This document shows positions 27,001 through 42,000 of a stretch of 64,000 bases of DNA, piece after piece. The stretch's first letter is position 1. Each line of letters starts with the position of its first letter. The position numbers and the translations under genes were made by a program. This DNA is from Carcharhinus longimanus (lineage: Eukaryota): NCBI GenBank assembly GCA_030264375.1, contig JASCQW010000081.1, positions 92,542,854 through 92,606,853 on the forward strand. Reading direction: 5' to 3'. Below the pieces are notes generated by a model. The model ran no database searches. It saw nothing but the letters and a program-made list of their open reading frames with translations, and was not told where the DNA came from.

Positions 27001-30000
27001 TTGCGTGGGTTTTCTCCGGGTGCTCTGGTTTCTTCCCACACCCCAAAGATGTGCTATTAGGCTGATTGGAGGCAATAAATTGTCCCTAAATTAGTTTTCC
27101 CTCAATGTGGAATGCCATAAGCATAGATAAGGGTCCTGGGTGGAGGGGGGGACTGGTAATGTTAAAATGGCGGTGCAGGCTCATTGGGCCGAAGGGCATG
27201 TTTCCTGGGCTATTTTTGTTCTTTGTCCTCTTGACCACACCACTCTCAAATAAGTGTTCAAAAAAAGAGGTGGGAGAGCTTGGCACTTTAAATATATGTA
27301 TACATCAAATATTAGATGCAGTAACAGCAGAAATTACGTTGATTTTCTCAGAACATGATGAACGATAACAGAGATGCAACCTATGATCTACCTCATCGGA
27401 CTCATCATTGGGATAAGCACACAGGACATTCCAAGCAAGATGAACTTGCGGTATCCAGATTATTTATGGTTTGCCCCACCTGACACAGGGAAATGTGAGG
27501 AGGGTGTGTTTTGGGTGCACCTCGAGAAGAGTATGATGTTTGGGTGTAACAACCAGTGACTGGAATACAGAAAACCAAATGGTAGTTCAACTGAATGTTA
27601 TCTGAGTGTCACCAAAAAAGGGGATTGGTGGGGATTTTCAAATAATGGGTGCCGTGAAATTGGATGTCTGACCAACAGCCCAGAAAAAGGATTGGAGCTT
27701 GGGCAGCAGTCTCCCGGGATGCTCATAGAGGGGAACTTTGCATTGTATGAAATAAGAACTGGGCTGAAACGAACCCCAGACCCATCCCACTTGATTTGTC
27801 CTGAAGCCATCCCCGGACCACAGAATGGATTGATACTAAAATACACAGAGAAAACTTTGTATGACAACAGTCACCATGAATTGGTACCTGTGGTGGTGGA
27901 TATAGCTGGGACCCATCTGCCAGAGTGCCAGCTTGAGAGATTGTACCTCTACTTAACTCGCTGACTGTTAGGGTGGAAGGTAGGAATGGATGAAAGACAG
28001 GAAAGTTCCAGGAGGGAGTTAGTCAATGACATGGCCAAGCATACGGAGCAGGGGTAACAACCATCAACGCCCTTGCTTTAGCTAACCTGGACACTAAATT
28101 TAGAGTTCTGACACAACACGTTAAACAGACACTCAGTTCCATCGATGAGGTCAATCAGCAAGATGCTGAAGGAGAACTGATTGGGTACACAACCAGCAGC
28201 CACATGGTAGCTGTGTTAAAAGGACATGCCAAGACAATCAAATTATCAAAGAAAAATTAGAGGATGATGACTGACAACAGAACTGGACTTTATGTTGTGC
28301 ATATGGACAGTGGATGATAGAACAGCTAAGGGAAAACCTAGGACAAGTACGCAGTGGACATGTTCCATCTTGGATTAGTGATGAACAGATGGAACACTTA
28401 TTTATGGGTACGAGTTATCTGCCTGCCAGATGCAACAGTTGACCAAAGTCTGGTTCAATGACGACTGCAAAGGGACTCCAGGGAAAGCCCTGGGAATGAT
28501 CTTAGGGTTCTCCATAATCACTGACAACTGGGTCAGACTGAGGGTCTTTGAAGTGGAGAATATAGGGATTATTCATGAGGCTATCTGGATAGGGCACGTT
28601 GGCACTTTACCATATAGAACCCATAGAACCCTACAGTGCAGAAGGAGGCCCTTCAGCCCATCGAGTCTGCACCGACCACAATCCTACCCAGGCTCTACCC
28701 CATATCCCTACATATTTTACATAAGAACATAAGAAATAGGAGCAGGAGTAGGCCATCTAGCCCTTCGAGCCTGCCCCGCCATTCAATAAGNNNNNNNNNN
28801 NNNNNNNNNNNNNNNNNNNNNNNNNNNNNNNNNNNNNNNNNNNNNNNNNNNNNNNNNNNNNNNNNNNNNNNNNNNNNNNNNNNNNNNNNNAGGGTAGATT
28901 CAGAAAGAATGTTCCTAATGGTGGGGGAGTTCAGAACTAGAGAGTCAGTTCGAGGATCGGGGTAAACCTTTTAGAACTGAGGTGAGGAGAAATTTCTTCA
29001 CCCAGGAGGTGGTGAATGTGTGTGGAATTCATTACCACAGAACGTAGCTAAGGCCAAAACGTGTGGTTTCAAGAAGAAATTAGATATGGGTCTTGGGCTT
29101 AAGAGATCAAGGGATATGGGAGGTTGGAAGGGGTCAGGATATTGAATTCAATGATCAGCCATGATCAAAATGAATGGCGGAGCAGGCTCGTAGGGCCAAA
29201 TGGCCTACTCCTGCTTCTAGTTTCTACTTTTCTTTTTCTTGTTTGATTGCAACAGAGTTTTTTTATATAAGTATATTATTGCTAATTTAGTGCATAAACA
29301 TAGAAACGTAGAAGCTATGTGATGTTTAAGGTTGAATGCCACATTTTGCTTTTAGGAGCTGTTGTTTATCACTCTGGGGGCCACAGATACTTCAAACAGA
29401 ACAATAGCTGGAAAGAATCTGATGAAAAGATATCTTTTCTTATAGAAACTATAGTTTCTTATAGCATAAAGATAAGATATCTTTTCTTATTCATTCATGG
29501 GATATGGACATCGCTGGCTAGGCCAGCATTTATTGCCCATCCCTAATTGCTTGAGGGTGATTAAGAGTCAACCACGTTGCTGTGGCTCTGAAGTTACACG
29601 TCTAGACCGGGTAAAGATGGTAGGTTTCCTTCTCTAAAGGGCATTAGTGAACAAGATGGATTTTTCTGACAATCGACAATGGTTTCATGGTCATAGTCAC
29701 ACTCACCCCATCACCATCAGCGCTCACTGAGTCACATTGGTGGCTGGCTCAGATTCAAAGATTCCACCCTGAAGAAACTTTCCATGTCCTGATGCTACCT
29801 CATCTCACTTATAGGGAGGACTCTTGCAGCCTGGGAGTAAATTCTCATCCCCAAACTGCCTGGCTGGGTCTAACTAATGCCCATAAAATTGTCCCAGTCA
29901 ATTGCATAGATAAGGGTCATGGGTGGAGGGGGGACTGGTGATGTTAAAATGGCGGCGCGGGCTCGTTGGGCCGAAGGGCCTGTTTCCCGGGCTGATTTTG

Positions 30001-33000
30001 TTCTTTGTTCTTTGCCTCGTTGCTCTGACAGAATGCACCCCAGAGTAATAAGAGTGTTGATGGGGGAAATAGCAAATGTGCCCTGTTAACTTATTAAAAT
30101 TCGCTGGACTCCAGCAGATTTGAACGCAAATGTGGCATCACTGTTTTTAAAAACGGAGGTAGAAAAATGTTGGGTAACTATAGGCCGGTTAGCTTAACTT
30201 CTGTAGTGGGGAAATTGCTTGTGGCTATCATCAAGGAAGTAATATAGAGACATCGGGATAGAAAGTGTCCAATTGGGAAGAGGCGGCATGTGCTCATGAA
30301 AGGCAGGACGTGTGTCATTAATATACTGGGATATTTTGAAGCCATGACGAGCACGATGGACAATGGGGAACCGGTGGATATGGTGCATCTGGATATCCAG
30401 AAGACAGTCGATAAGCCACCGTACCAAAAACTGCTGCAACAGATAAAGGTACAAGGTGTTATGAGAAATGTATTAGCATGGATAGAGGATTGGTTAACAA
30501 TCAGAAAGCAAAGAGTGGAGATAAATGATTTTTTTTCTGGTTGGCAAACAATGATTTGTGGTGTACCTCAGGGATCAGTGCTGGCATCACAATTGTTTAC
30601 AATTTACGCGGATTATTTGGAATTGAGGACGTGTAGTCTGTCCATGTTTGCAGATGACACTAAGATGACTGTTAGAGCAAAATGTTCAGAGAATAGCGAA
30701 AGTCTGAAAAGAGGCATAGATAGTTTGTGAATGGGCAATGTTCCAACAGATGGAGTACAACATTGCTAAATGTGAGGTCTTCCATTTTGGGGCGAATAAC
30801 ACCAAAATAGACTGTTATTTAAATAGCAAAAATGCAGCATTCTACTGTGCCGAGGGTGCTGGGTTTCCTTGTACATGAATTGCAAAAAATTGTTTCCACG
30901 TCCTTCACGTAATTAAAAAAGGCAAACGGAATTTTGTCTTTCATTGTTTGAGGGGTGGAGTTAAAAATGAGGCTATGGTGCAGCTCTACAAGCTGCTGGT
31001 AAAGGCATAAGCACCTTGCTGTGTACAGTTTGGTCTCATTGATCGAAAAGTGACACATTGGCATTGGAGGTGCTGCAGAGGAGATTGACTAGGTTGATCC
31101 CGAATTTGAGAGGGTTGGCGTATGAGCGGAGACTGAGTAGACTGGGTTATATTCATTGAAATTCAGCAGATAAAGGGGGGTCTTATAGAAAGAAAAATGA
31201 ATATGAGGGAGTAAACAAGATAGAAGCAGGGACTTTGTTTTCCACTGGCGGCTAAAAAATAGAAGACACAAGTCATAGCCTCAAAATAAGGGGGACCAGA
31301 TTTAGGACAAAGTTGAAGAACCTCTTCGCCTACAAACTTGTGAATGTGTACAATTCCCTGCCCAGTGAAGCAGTTGAGGTTATCTGTTTGAATGTTATTA
31401 AGGCAAAGATAGTTAGAATTTTCAATAGTAAAGGAATTAATATTCATGGTGAGTCGGCGGGTAACTGGAGCTGACTCCACGAAAAGATCAGCCATGATCT
31501 CAATGAGCAGCAGAACATGGTAAAGGGGGCAGAAGGCCTTATCCTGCTCCTATGTTCTTAGGTTCCAATGATAGCATTTGGGCAAACGATGAGATTTGAA
31601 GTTATTAGAAGTCTAATGATGACCATGAAAACGGTGTCGATGGTTCCAAAGCAATCTGGTTCATTGATGCCCTTTCGTGAAAGGACGTATCTCATCCTTG
31701 TCTACTTTAGATGTTATCTCTATCCTCCGCAAAGTGTAATTGTAAAATAGCCAAACAAACCAAACAGTACAAGGGCAGCTTTTGAGTGGCAACAAATAAT
31801 GGCCGAACGAAACCAAATGTCGCAAGTTCATAAGACAAGGGGTTTGTAAAGTTCAGGAGCAGAATTCGCCCATTCGGCCCATAGATTTGTTTCTGCCATT
31901 TGATCATGGCTGATATGCACTTCATGCCCATTTTCCTGCCTTCTCCCCATGACCCTGCAACCCATTCAGAATTATAATTCTCTCTATCTCCGTGTTAAAT
32001 TTACTCTCTGTTCCACAATCTACCTGAATTTGGGGTAGCCAAGTATTCAAAAATCTTTGGAAGAAGTGGTTTTCCCTCAACTTTGTTTAAAATTTGCTAT
32101 CTCTTATCCTAAGACTATGGTCTCCTGTCGTAGAATGTCCCAGAAGAGGAAGCTTCCTTTTTTATCTATACCTTGTACCATCTCATATACACCAATTTCA
32201 TCTCCCCTCATTCTTCTAAATTTAGACAGTATAGGCCTAAACTGTTTACTGTCTCTTCACATGGCAATCTCCTCATCTCCGGAATCAATCTAGTGTCCCT
32301 CCTCTGAACGCTCTCCAATTACACTAATCTTTCCTTAAATAACGGGACCAAAACAATACTCCAGGTGCGGTCACAGCGTGCCTTGTATAGTTGCAACAAT
32401 GCTTCCTTGCCTTTATATTCTATTAGTTTCGATATAACTGCCAACCTCCCATTCGCTTTCTTTGTTATCTGCTGTAATTGCATGAAAGTTTTCTGTGACT
32501 CACGACGAGGACACCGAAACCCCTCTGCATCAGAGCACTCCAAAGTTTCTGCCCATTTAGATAATAACTCACCTTCCCGTTTTTTTCCGAGCAAAATGCA
32601 ACTGAACAAATCATTACTTTGTCTCTGCTTTTCGAGTTGCTGTCTTATTTAGTGATTCGCAAATTCTCTACTGCATAAAGCAGTTGGACTTGGAAATTTA
32701 TATTGCTTAGGCTCTGTTGGAGAGACTTTTCATCTGCTAGAAGGTGAAAAGCTGTGGGGGCTGACACAACCGTTGCCTTAATGGATTCTATGTTGATTTT
32801 TTATTCAGCTGGGTTCACGCCATTGACCTGAAAATTTGTGTCAGAAGAGCGGTTCTGCTTATGGATGATTTGTACACCGGAAAATTAGATGGCATTAATG
32901 TTACAGCCGATGAAATATTGATAATAATAAGTTTGCACAATGCGGCAGTTCTTGAAGCCTCATTCACATCCTTCCCGTGAGCTGGAAAACTAACTTTATC

Positions 33001-36000
33001 GCTAGCAAAATTCATCGGTGTGAATGCAACTAACAGGAACAAGTTTGAAATAAAAACAACGATGGGTGACATTGTTATAGATTAGCTCAATTATCTTCAA
33101 ACATTAATGTTGCGTGGTGATACATCACTGATGAATTAAAAATTATTAGACGTATGAATCACTGCAATTATATTCTAAATCATTGGCAAATTGACGAGTA
33201 CACGCAGCAACTTTCCACAACCGTTAATAAATCTAAAGATTCCGTGCTCTTGAAGCATGGGTACTACAAACCACTTTGCACACACTTGTACATTGAAGAA
33301 AAGAACGCAGTGTTAATTAGATTTGAGCAGCATATGATGTACTCAATGGAAATTTTACGGGCATAGCAGAGTCGCAGCAAAGTTACATAAAATTCTCATG
33401 AAACTATGTTATATGTTGTTGTCCATCAACTGCGAGATACCACTCCATTTCTTATTTCTATATGAAACTTATAAACTATGACCATGATCTTAAAATTGTC
33501 TGCGCCATTATCGGTTAATGCTAACCTCTGGATGCACGCAGATCTCTAATTTCTGTGGATTCATAATTTAAAAGAAAGTCTGTTACAAAACGTCCAGCTA
33601 CAATCCACCATCTGCAATAAAACAATTGTTTTCTTGTATACTTAAAATTCTTGAACGCATACCTGCCCTCAATTTAGCTATTCTGACATCTATATGATAA
33701 AGAATCCCATTGTTAATGAGTGGCAATTCTTCATATCCAGGAAATCAACTGAACAAGTAATTTATGCATTGTGCTTCATTTCAAGAAAACGCAACACTGA
33801 GGGTTAGCTATTCATTTGTTCATGTCCCACAGCAATCAATTGGCAATTGATAGCCCACTTGTATGGGTTGATATGAAGCGAAACTGCATGTTTACTGCCC
33901 CCTTTGCCCTATGGCAAAGCCCCTACCAGACTTATCCAAATTGCCAATCGATACATATGATGCAGTTCAACTGTCTCAGACATTTGTTAAGCATGCAATC
34001 AATCAGGATGAGTTGAAGATAAATGGCTTTGCCAGCGAATCTTTATCTTTAGGCAATTTCAGTAGCTTTTTAATAGAACCTTCATTAATACAGTTGTAAG
34101 CTTTCATATCTGGAAGGATAACCGTAGCTGAAATGAGCCAGTGCAGGTTGAAATCACGGACTTGTAGATATTATTTTGACCTGTAGATTGAAAACCTTGA
34201 CCGTGCTGTTAGTAGTTGTGTCACCGAAGGCATTATCATCGCTGGACATTCCTTGAACTAACGGCTAAGTTTGATTAATTGAAGCAGTACAAAGTCTCAC
34301 AAAACCAGATTAAAGTCTAACAGGTTTGTTTGGTAGCACAAGCTTTCAGAGTGCTGCTCATTCATCAGGTTGAACTTTAACTTGGTGTTGTGAGATTTCT
34401 TACTGTGCCTACTAATCTATCGATTAGCAACATTCTTGATCGGAACTGTACTGGATTAAATAGTAAAACGGTTGTTGTATTGTACTTTATGAGTTTCTTT
34501 CACATTAATTCGCTCAAACTCATAAAATATCCCATGTTATAATTGAAAAAAAAATTATGGCATGGTTGTAACAGTGGCACTTGCTGAAAGAACAAATCTT
34601 TTTTTTTCTTTTATTGCTCTGTCCGTTCATCCAACTTCAACAAGCAGTTGAAGTTCTTCACAATAACTCAATCTGCAGGTTAAATTTGGACGGTCTTGCT
34701 ATAGTGATGCTTCTGTATTGGTGCAAAATGAATTGAACTAACACATATAGTGAAATAACGTATTTCTTATATTTTGTTAATTTACATTGAGATCTTAACG
34801 ACTGTCTCTTTCTTAAACGTATGTCTATGGCATCTATAACAATCAACACAATTTTGGAAGACGGCAATTGTTCCACGCTAATAAAATAATTAAAGTTCAT
34901 TTCATGTTTGGCACGATGCGAACATATGATATTGAGAACGTTGAAGTGTCTAATGGACAGTCAATTAAATCATATCAATTTCATAGATTGGACCAGCATT
35001 AAAATTATTTATGTTATATATATATGTGGCTAACAGTGACCACAACTCTGTCTGGTTTAAGATATTAATGGATAAAGATGAAGCCTGTCCTAAGGGGAGG
35101 NNNNNNNNNNNNNNNNNNNNNNNNNNNNNNNNNNNNNNNNNNNNNNNNNNNNNNNNNNNNNNNNNNNNNNNNNNNNNNNNNNNNNNNNNNNNNNNNNNNN
35201 AATGGGACGGCGGCGCGGGCTCGTTGGGCCGAAGGGCCTGTTTCCCGTGCTGTGTTGTTCTTTGTTCTTTGTTCTATATATAACATGCAATAATAGTGGA
35301 CGGTTAAATGTTGAGTGTTACTACTGAAAAATGTTGATTGAGACGTTACTTTTGTCCCGGAGATTACTGCTAATTTCATAGAATCCATAGAATCATATAA
35401 TGCAGAAGAGGCACTTCAGCCCATCGCGTCTGCATCAGCATGCAAGTACCTGACCTCCCACCTAATCCCATTTTTCAGCACTTGACTCAGAGCCTTGTAT
35501 GTTATCACGTAAATTGTTCTTCCAGATGCTTGCTGAAGGATATGAAGCAGCCCGCATTTCTCAACCTCCCACGCAGTGCCCTGCAGATGGTCGCAACACT
35601 GTGGTTAAAGCGTTTTTCTTCATATCCCCTCACATGCAAATACGTAAGATCATTTTTACAGGTTAGCAGCCATATTCAGATTAGCACAAACGTTGGTTCA
35701 AGTCTACTGATACTGAACATTTCAGGTATATGATGATATATTTGTTGCATGGGCTATGTTTCAGCTTCAGCTCCGTTTTACAAGGTGCCCAGTTCTCTAC
35801 CCAACAGGCTGCACCCTTTGTTGGTTGCAGGCTAATTCTTAAGTTTGGGTATGGATGTGTTTGTTTTAATCTGAATTAACGCATTTTTGTTTGGTTTAGT
35901 ATTTGCCTTGTTTTGTAGAGAAGAATTTCTATTCGATTTATTGGGATTCATGTGCTTAAGGGGAGAAGTTAAGCTTACAGGGAAAAACATACAGTTATTG

Positions 36001-39000
36001 CCAGGTGCTGAACAGTGATATTCGGGATGAGCTAAGAGACATATTTTTCTCTCTGTCATTCTCTCAAGGGACATTCCAGAGGCTTGAGGTCCGGCATCAC
36101 ATCAGGAAGCGCGTACGCCAATGCATTTCTATCTGATATTGAAGAGGAGTTTAAATTTGTACAAACCATATTGCGTGAATTAAACAATTATGGATTGTTC
36201 CGAAGTTAAGAACTGCATTATGTCATTTCCCGTTACGTCAATTGGTAAGACTTACGCACTATTTTCATAATCGTTTAACTACGTTGTTCAAAAATAAAGT
36301 TTATTTTGATTACAGCCCCGTGTGTCAACGGCATCAGACCTTATCCTCACACTTACACCAAAATAGAAAATGAAAGCCTGAGTGGTACGTTAACAAAATT
36401 GACGCATTTTCCAAGATTACAAACTTCGCTTCCTTGTCTGGTTTGTGATTTTTGATAGCAAAAACAGTGGCTTTCAGTATTTTTTTTTGTTTTCTTTTCA
36501 GATGTTATATTTAATTAGTTGCATGTGGGAAAATAACTTTCAATGGCTAAGATTTTGTTGGCTGCAGACGAGGTCACACGGAGTTGTTTTCAAAAGATTC
36601 TTAAAGGAAAGTTTTTGGAATTGGCAAACAAGATGCTGCTATCTATACCTGCTAGGCGCGACAAAGGCAGAGGTTAATTCCGTTACAGTTCAGCATCCTG
36701 GTTTGCCAGAAATATAGTCTGCATTGAAATTGTCTAAAATTCAGTTACAAACTTGAATTCGGAATAAACGGAAAATAATCAATTAGTCTAGTGGAACAAA
36801 CAGAGAGAGAAAGTAACAAAAGCGAGAGAGGGAGACGGAGAGAGAGAAAATCATAGTGGAACAAAGGTAACATAATAAAGAAATTTGAGGAGAGAAATTA
36901 AATGAATCAGTTTGAATTGCAAATATAAACAAACGAGAGGGAAAAAGGGGAACTGCTTGAGCTTCGGAAACTGGAGCTAAAAAGCGAAAGGCGACTTAAA
37001 CTGGCTAACTTAAAAGAACTAAGTAGTGGCGAGGGAAGTCCGGAAGAATGAATCCACCATAAACAAAGGCCAAGTTGGGAACTGCTTATAGAAGTTCAGG
37101 AGGTGCCACGTCTTGCAAAGAAAGAGGTAGAAGGTTTTTTTTGTGTCAGTTGAGCAAGTAGCTAAATAAGTAAATTGTCACGGTATTCCTGGTTCAAAAC
37201 GAGATCGGAGATAGAGCCGGTGAGTCGTCTTCCTCACGATAAGAGGAGGAATGTAGGGCTTTTGATCAAGTGAAAAACACAGTCTAAACTGAATATCAAT
37301 TAGTGCCGAAAGGCCAAAAGTTTATGTACGTGAGCAATGAACAGAGTCAAAGCTTTTTAGAATTTGAAACCAAAGTAAATTTGACAAGTGGATAAAAACA
37401 ATCAGGATAGAACAGACATATGACAATCTGAGCGAAACTTTTATCCTGGAGGAGTTTGAAAATGTATTTCCTGAAGTAATAAGCACACACATTAAGGGCA
37501 CAGGGCTACAATTGCGAGATTTGCAGGATCATTTGCAGGTGTTAATCAGATATTTCTTAAATCCACATTTGAATTTCGAAATCAATTTACAAACTGCGAA
37601 GGATATAAACTGGGGAAAAGATAAATAAATCTCAGCTGGAGAAAGACATATACCTCTGGTTAAAAAGGAATAGGGTTGGAAGAGAAATGGAAAAAGACTG
37701 ATTTGTTTCGATTGTAATAAATTTGTGGCTCAAAAAATCCATTGGGATGACAACATTGTAAAACAAGATAAGCCAGTAGGCTTTGTGAAAACGACGAATG
37801 AAGCCATGGTTGAAGCTGAAGTGCCAAGAATGTGCCACCTGTTCAGGGATTAGTTGATAAGCGATTACGAGACCTAATTGAACAAAAAACTTGTGTGGTT
37901 AAGGTTTACTCCTGTGTAAAGGGAGGAGTAGACAAATAAGTTAATATGTTAAGAGATGCATGTGCAACAGGAAGAGAAAATATCATTGTTCATGCTTCAG
38001 TACGGCTTTGATAAAATAAAAATAAATCCTCAACTTTGACAGAAAGAACACAACTGCACGATACTGCAGTTATATTTGCACGCTTAGATTTAGCAAAATG
38101 TATGCAAATTATAGCGTGTTACTGCTATGAACAATGAGCTTCGGAAAAGTGAAAGGAACTTTTCCTAGTGTTGTCTGTTTGTCTTGGCACCAGACGGCTC
38201 ACATGCTTAAAATGCAGGCTTATCATTGGCTTTAGCTTAGGATGAATTGGTTTTCACCTCAGGTTGTGTATGTTTGTTTAGTTTGTTTTTTGCCCTGGAG
38301 GTTAAGCGTAGATTTTTGATTGGGTAATTGGCAGAGTCAGATAATTAAGGGTAAGAGCTAAGTTTGCAGAAAATGCAGCCAGTTACTTCCGAATTTTGAA
38401 AGAAACAAGACGTCGTTCGTTCTCTCTCTCTCTGGTGTTTGGATCCGTTAGGAGACATAGTTCCCTTCCATGTCTCTTTCCTGAAGTGTTATGGATTTTC
38501 GAGAACAGGCAGCCCAAGCTGAACCAAGTAAGTCTGTGCGTTCTTGACTGATTTTGAAGAGGATTTTGGTCTCTAAGATGGACGATGCTTGAACTGGAGC
38601 TAATAGAGACAGATCAGCTGTTAATAATTGAATCTTGTCATGCTTACGTATTCTCATTGATAAAGGACAAACTAACTCATTTAATACAGGGAATCTGTAT
38701 TGTTAAATACATTTTGTATTGATAAAATGCTTCCGAATCTGTCAGTGAAATGTCATTTGGGCGACAACACCACATCCTCACATTAATGCGAAAGTAGAAA
38801 GTCTACTGGTGGCTAGTCGGGCGTCATACTATACTTTCGGATTTCTGATTTGGTATCTTAAGACAAGAAGTAAACAGAAACATTTTTGTACAAGTAAACA
38901 GTTTTGCAAGTAACTTTTCTCCAACTTTTCTCTCCCAATCTACTAATATCATTCGCAAATGTTCCTCTGTTGTTTTATCGGCACTGCTGATGCTTGTAAA

Positions 39001-42000
39001 GGAAGCAACTTGGACTATACATATTAACTGCTATATTTAAAGTATGCAATACTCACTGTCAGATTTGCACTTCGCATCCAACTCTAAAGTTAATTATATA
39101 AAATGTGTGCATTGGGTTACAATTCATGTAAAACCACTCAAACTTACAGTGACATTTGGTAATTAACAAAACATGAACGATTAAATGTTTATTTCGCGAC
39201 GTGTTTACCTTCCTCTCTTTCAATCAGACTCTTCTCTAGAACAAATTAACACGTTCACGGTTATTTAAGGCAGAATATAAAACGTTTCTCCTCCAACACG
39301 TGGGAAAACGTTGAAACAGAGCTGCTATATACTGCAAAAAAGGCTTAATAACATTATTAAACATTCTACATCCATACATTTAACGGAAAAAATAGTTTGC
39401 AATGACTGAATTGATATTATCTGACAAGTTGCCACGTGTGTAATTAGTGGAAAATGAACGCATAACTTTGAAACACTATGGTATGATCAGCATAGCGGGC
39501 ATGACACATGGCAGCAAGCACACCAGCTTGGAAAGTTACGTCAATTATATGGGCTGTAAAGAGATCTTAACCCAAATTAGCTAAAATCAGATCACTGATA
39601 GTTGAAGGATATAGAGTGAAAAATTGAGGCAAACTTTATTAAGCTTTCATGTCTTACGAGGCAGAATTAACTGTTCTTAAAAGTACCACTTGATTCATAT
39701 ATTGTCAAAATTTCATTTCTGTGCATGTCGTAAGCATCAACTTAAACTTTGCAGAAAAGAGAAACATGATAGCGATACTTTTCTATATTCATTCATTATT
39801 TCCCATGTATTAACGTCAAGTTCATACCATGAAAGATATGTATGCTGTGGGAGAAAAGGTGCTGACTGACAGTCAAGTCAACTCTGTATTGCCAGTCGTC
39901 AATTTCCACTTAACGGCAAAGTACCTCAAAAATCTGAACAGCAGGTTCAACACGAGGATTCACATTCCTAACATGCATTGCTGAGCAAATGACATTTGCC
40001 ATTAACAGGACGTGGCTTTCAGTTCAAAATGATGTTCAGGCAAACGCGTTTGTGTAATACATTGTATAAAGTGCAGTGCCATTGTGGTAGGCGTGGGTCA
40101 GGACAATTCACTGATTGTAATAAACAGAATGTTGCCCGTGCTCAACTGACCAGCCCTTCCAAGTGTTAAAAATATATATTTACTTTTAGATGTGATTCCA
40201 CAATGCGGCAGCACTTGCTAAACAATATTATGTCTGCTAATCGCCACACGAACAAATTGTTTATGATTATCTGCATCATTATTTGGAGCATGCTTTCCGC
40301 AACCATAAATTCTGCTTCATATTTTGCAATCACCTGTTTTTTGAAGAATGCTGCTTAAGGTCTTTAGTTCTGGAACGAACAATACAATCAGCAAAATTGA
40401 TTAAGATAATCACTTTCTATTGGTTGCAGATTTATGTTACAAGTCGTGGCAATTGGATTTTCCGATGTTAAGCTTTTTATTTGGTTGGTAGCTGCATGGA
40501 CATTCTTACCATTATAATATAGAAATGAATTGTTTTCAAGATGGTGCATTGTTAAAGTACAAGCCAAAAGGTTTGTTTATACTCTGAATGGGTTTTGGTG
40601 AGCATGTTTTGGTTCGGAAGCGATGTCGTCTGGGGTAATTTCTCCCGTCCGTCCTGTCTGCTGTCGGTCAGAGACCAGACATATGGAAAGAAGAAAGTTT
40701 ACGTCAGGTTGCTGCTGAATTTGTGTGCGCGATGGGGGTGCGAGCTTGAAGTGGGAGAGGACGTGGGTAATCGAAAGTTTCGTAGGCCAGTCGAGTTGTG
40801 AATACAGTGTGGTGAAGGAATTAGTCTAGAGGAGCGATAGTAAGGCTGTATCGGGCTAGATTGGAGATTTTGTTCTGGAATTCAGTTGAGTTATCCTGGC
40901 TAATTGCTGAGTTAGAACTGTGGTTATCCAATGTAACATGACGTGGGTAATCAGCTATGTTCCGCGCGTTTCTCAGCTCACATGTGTTCGACACTCTTCA
41001 GGGGCTTCAGGAAGGCAACTTTGACAATTGATTTACTGGATGATTTGGACCAGTATCTCACATTGTTCGCAGTTGATAAAATGTTAGTGGCTATTTGCAT
41101 CAGGACCTGTTTATAGATTAATTATTTGCTTTGAATTTAAACAACGGTAGGACCGAATGTCACAGGATATGACCAATGCTTCGCGTTCTTCGAGGTTTGA
41201 GTCCTCAAAATTCTAGTTAGTTTTGGCGCTGCAATTTTTGCAAGGCATCTGGGGCCTGTGCGAATGGGAAAAGCATTGTCATGGTAATTTAAACAAACAC
41301 TTTGAAGGACCCTTTCACAGAAAGAAAAATTAAACCGGAAACGTGTTGGATTATTTCAAATAAAGATTTCACTACGCACAGCTAAGAATTTCGAAAGTGA
41401 AACCAATATTGAAATACAGGAGAGGGAACCCAAGTTCTCTGTTAATTGTTCAATAGGATGCTGATATTATCTCAAGTCGGATCACTGAGAGTTGTGTAAT
41501 CAAGCGTGTGAAATTCAGGCAATGTAAGTGAAGCTCTACATGTCTTATGACGTAGAAGAGACCTTTTACTTCTGGTAAAAGTACCACTGGAGTTTGTTCA
41601 TAAGTTGTCAACATTTCGTTTCTGTACATGTTGTGAACATAGCTTAAACATTGCAGAAAACAGAAGCATGTTGCCGAAGGTTTTAATGTTAAGTTCTTTA
41701 GAACCCAAGTAATAAAGCCAAATTTTATACCATGACAGAATTGTGTTCTGTGACAGATTCATAAGGGCCCTTAATGTTAAAGACTAGCTGGGCCATTTCA
41801 GAAGTCAGTGACGAGTGAACTGAACTGCATTGATTTTAGAGTCACATACAGACATGAAAAGGTTCGACTGATTTTTTTTCGTAAGCTGATTAGTGACGTA
41901 TATGTCTTCCAAGATAGCCATATTTTCATGGTCATTATTGCTGAGGCTAGCGTTCAATTTTGGATATTATTAATTGAATCTCAAAGATGGAATTATTGTC

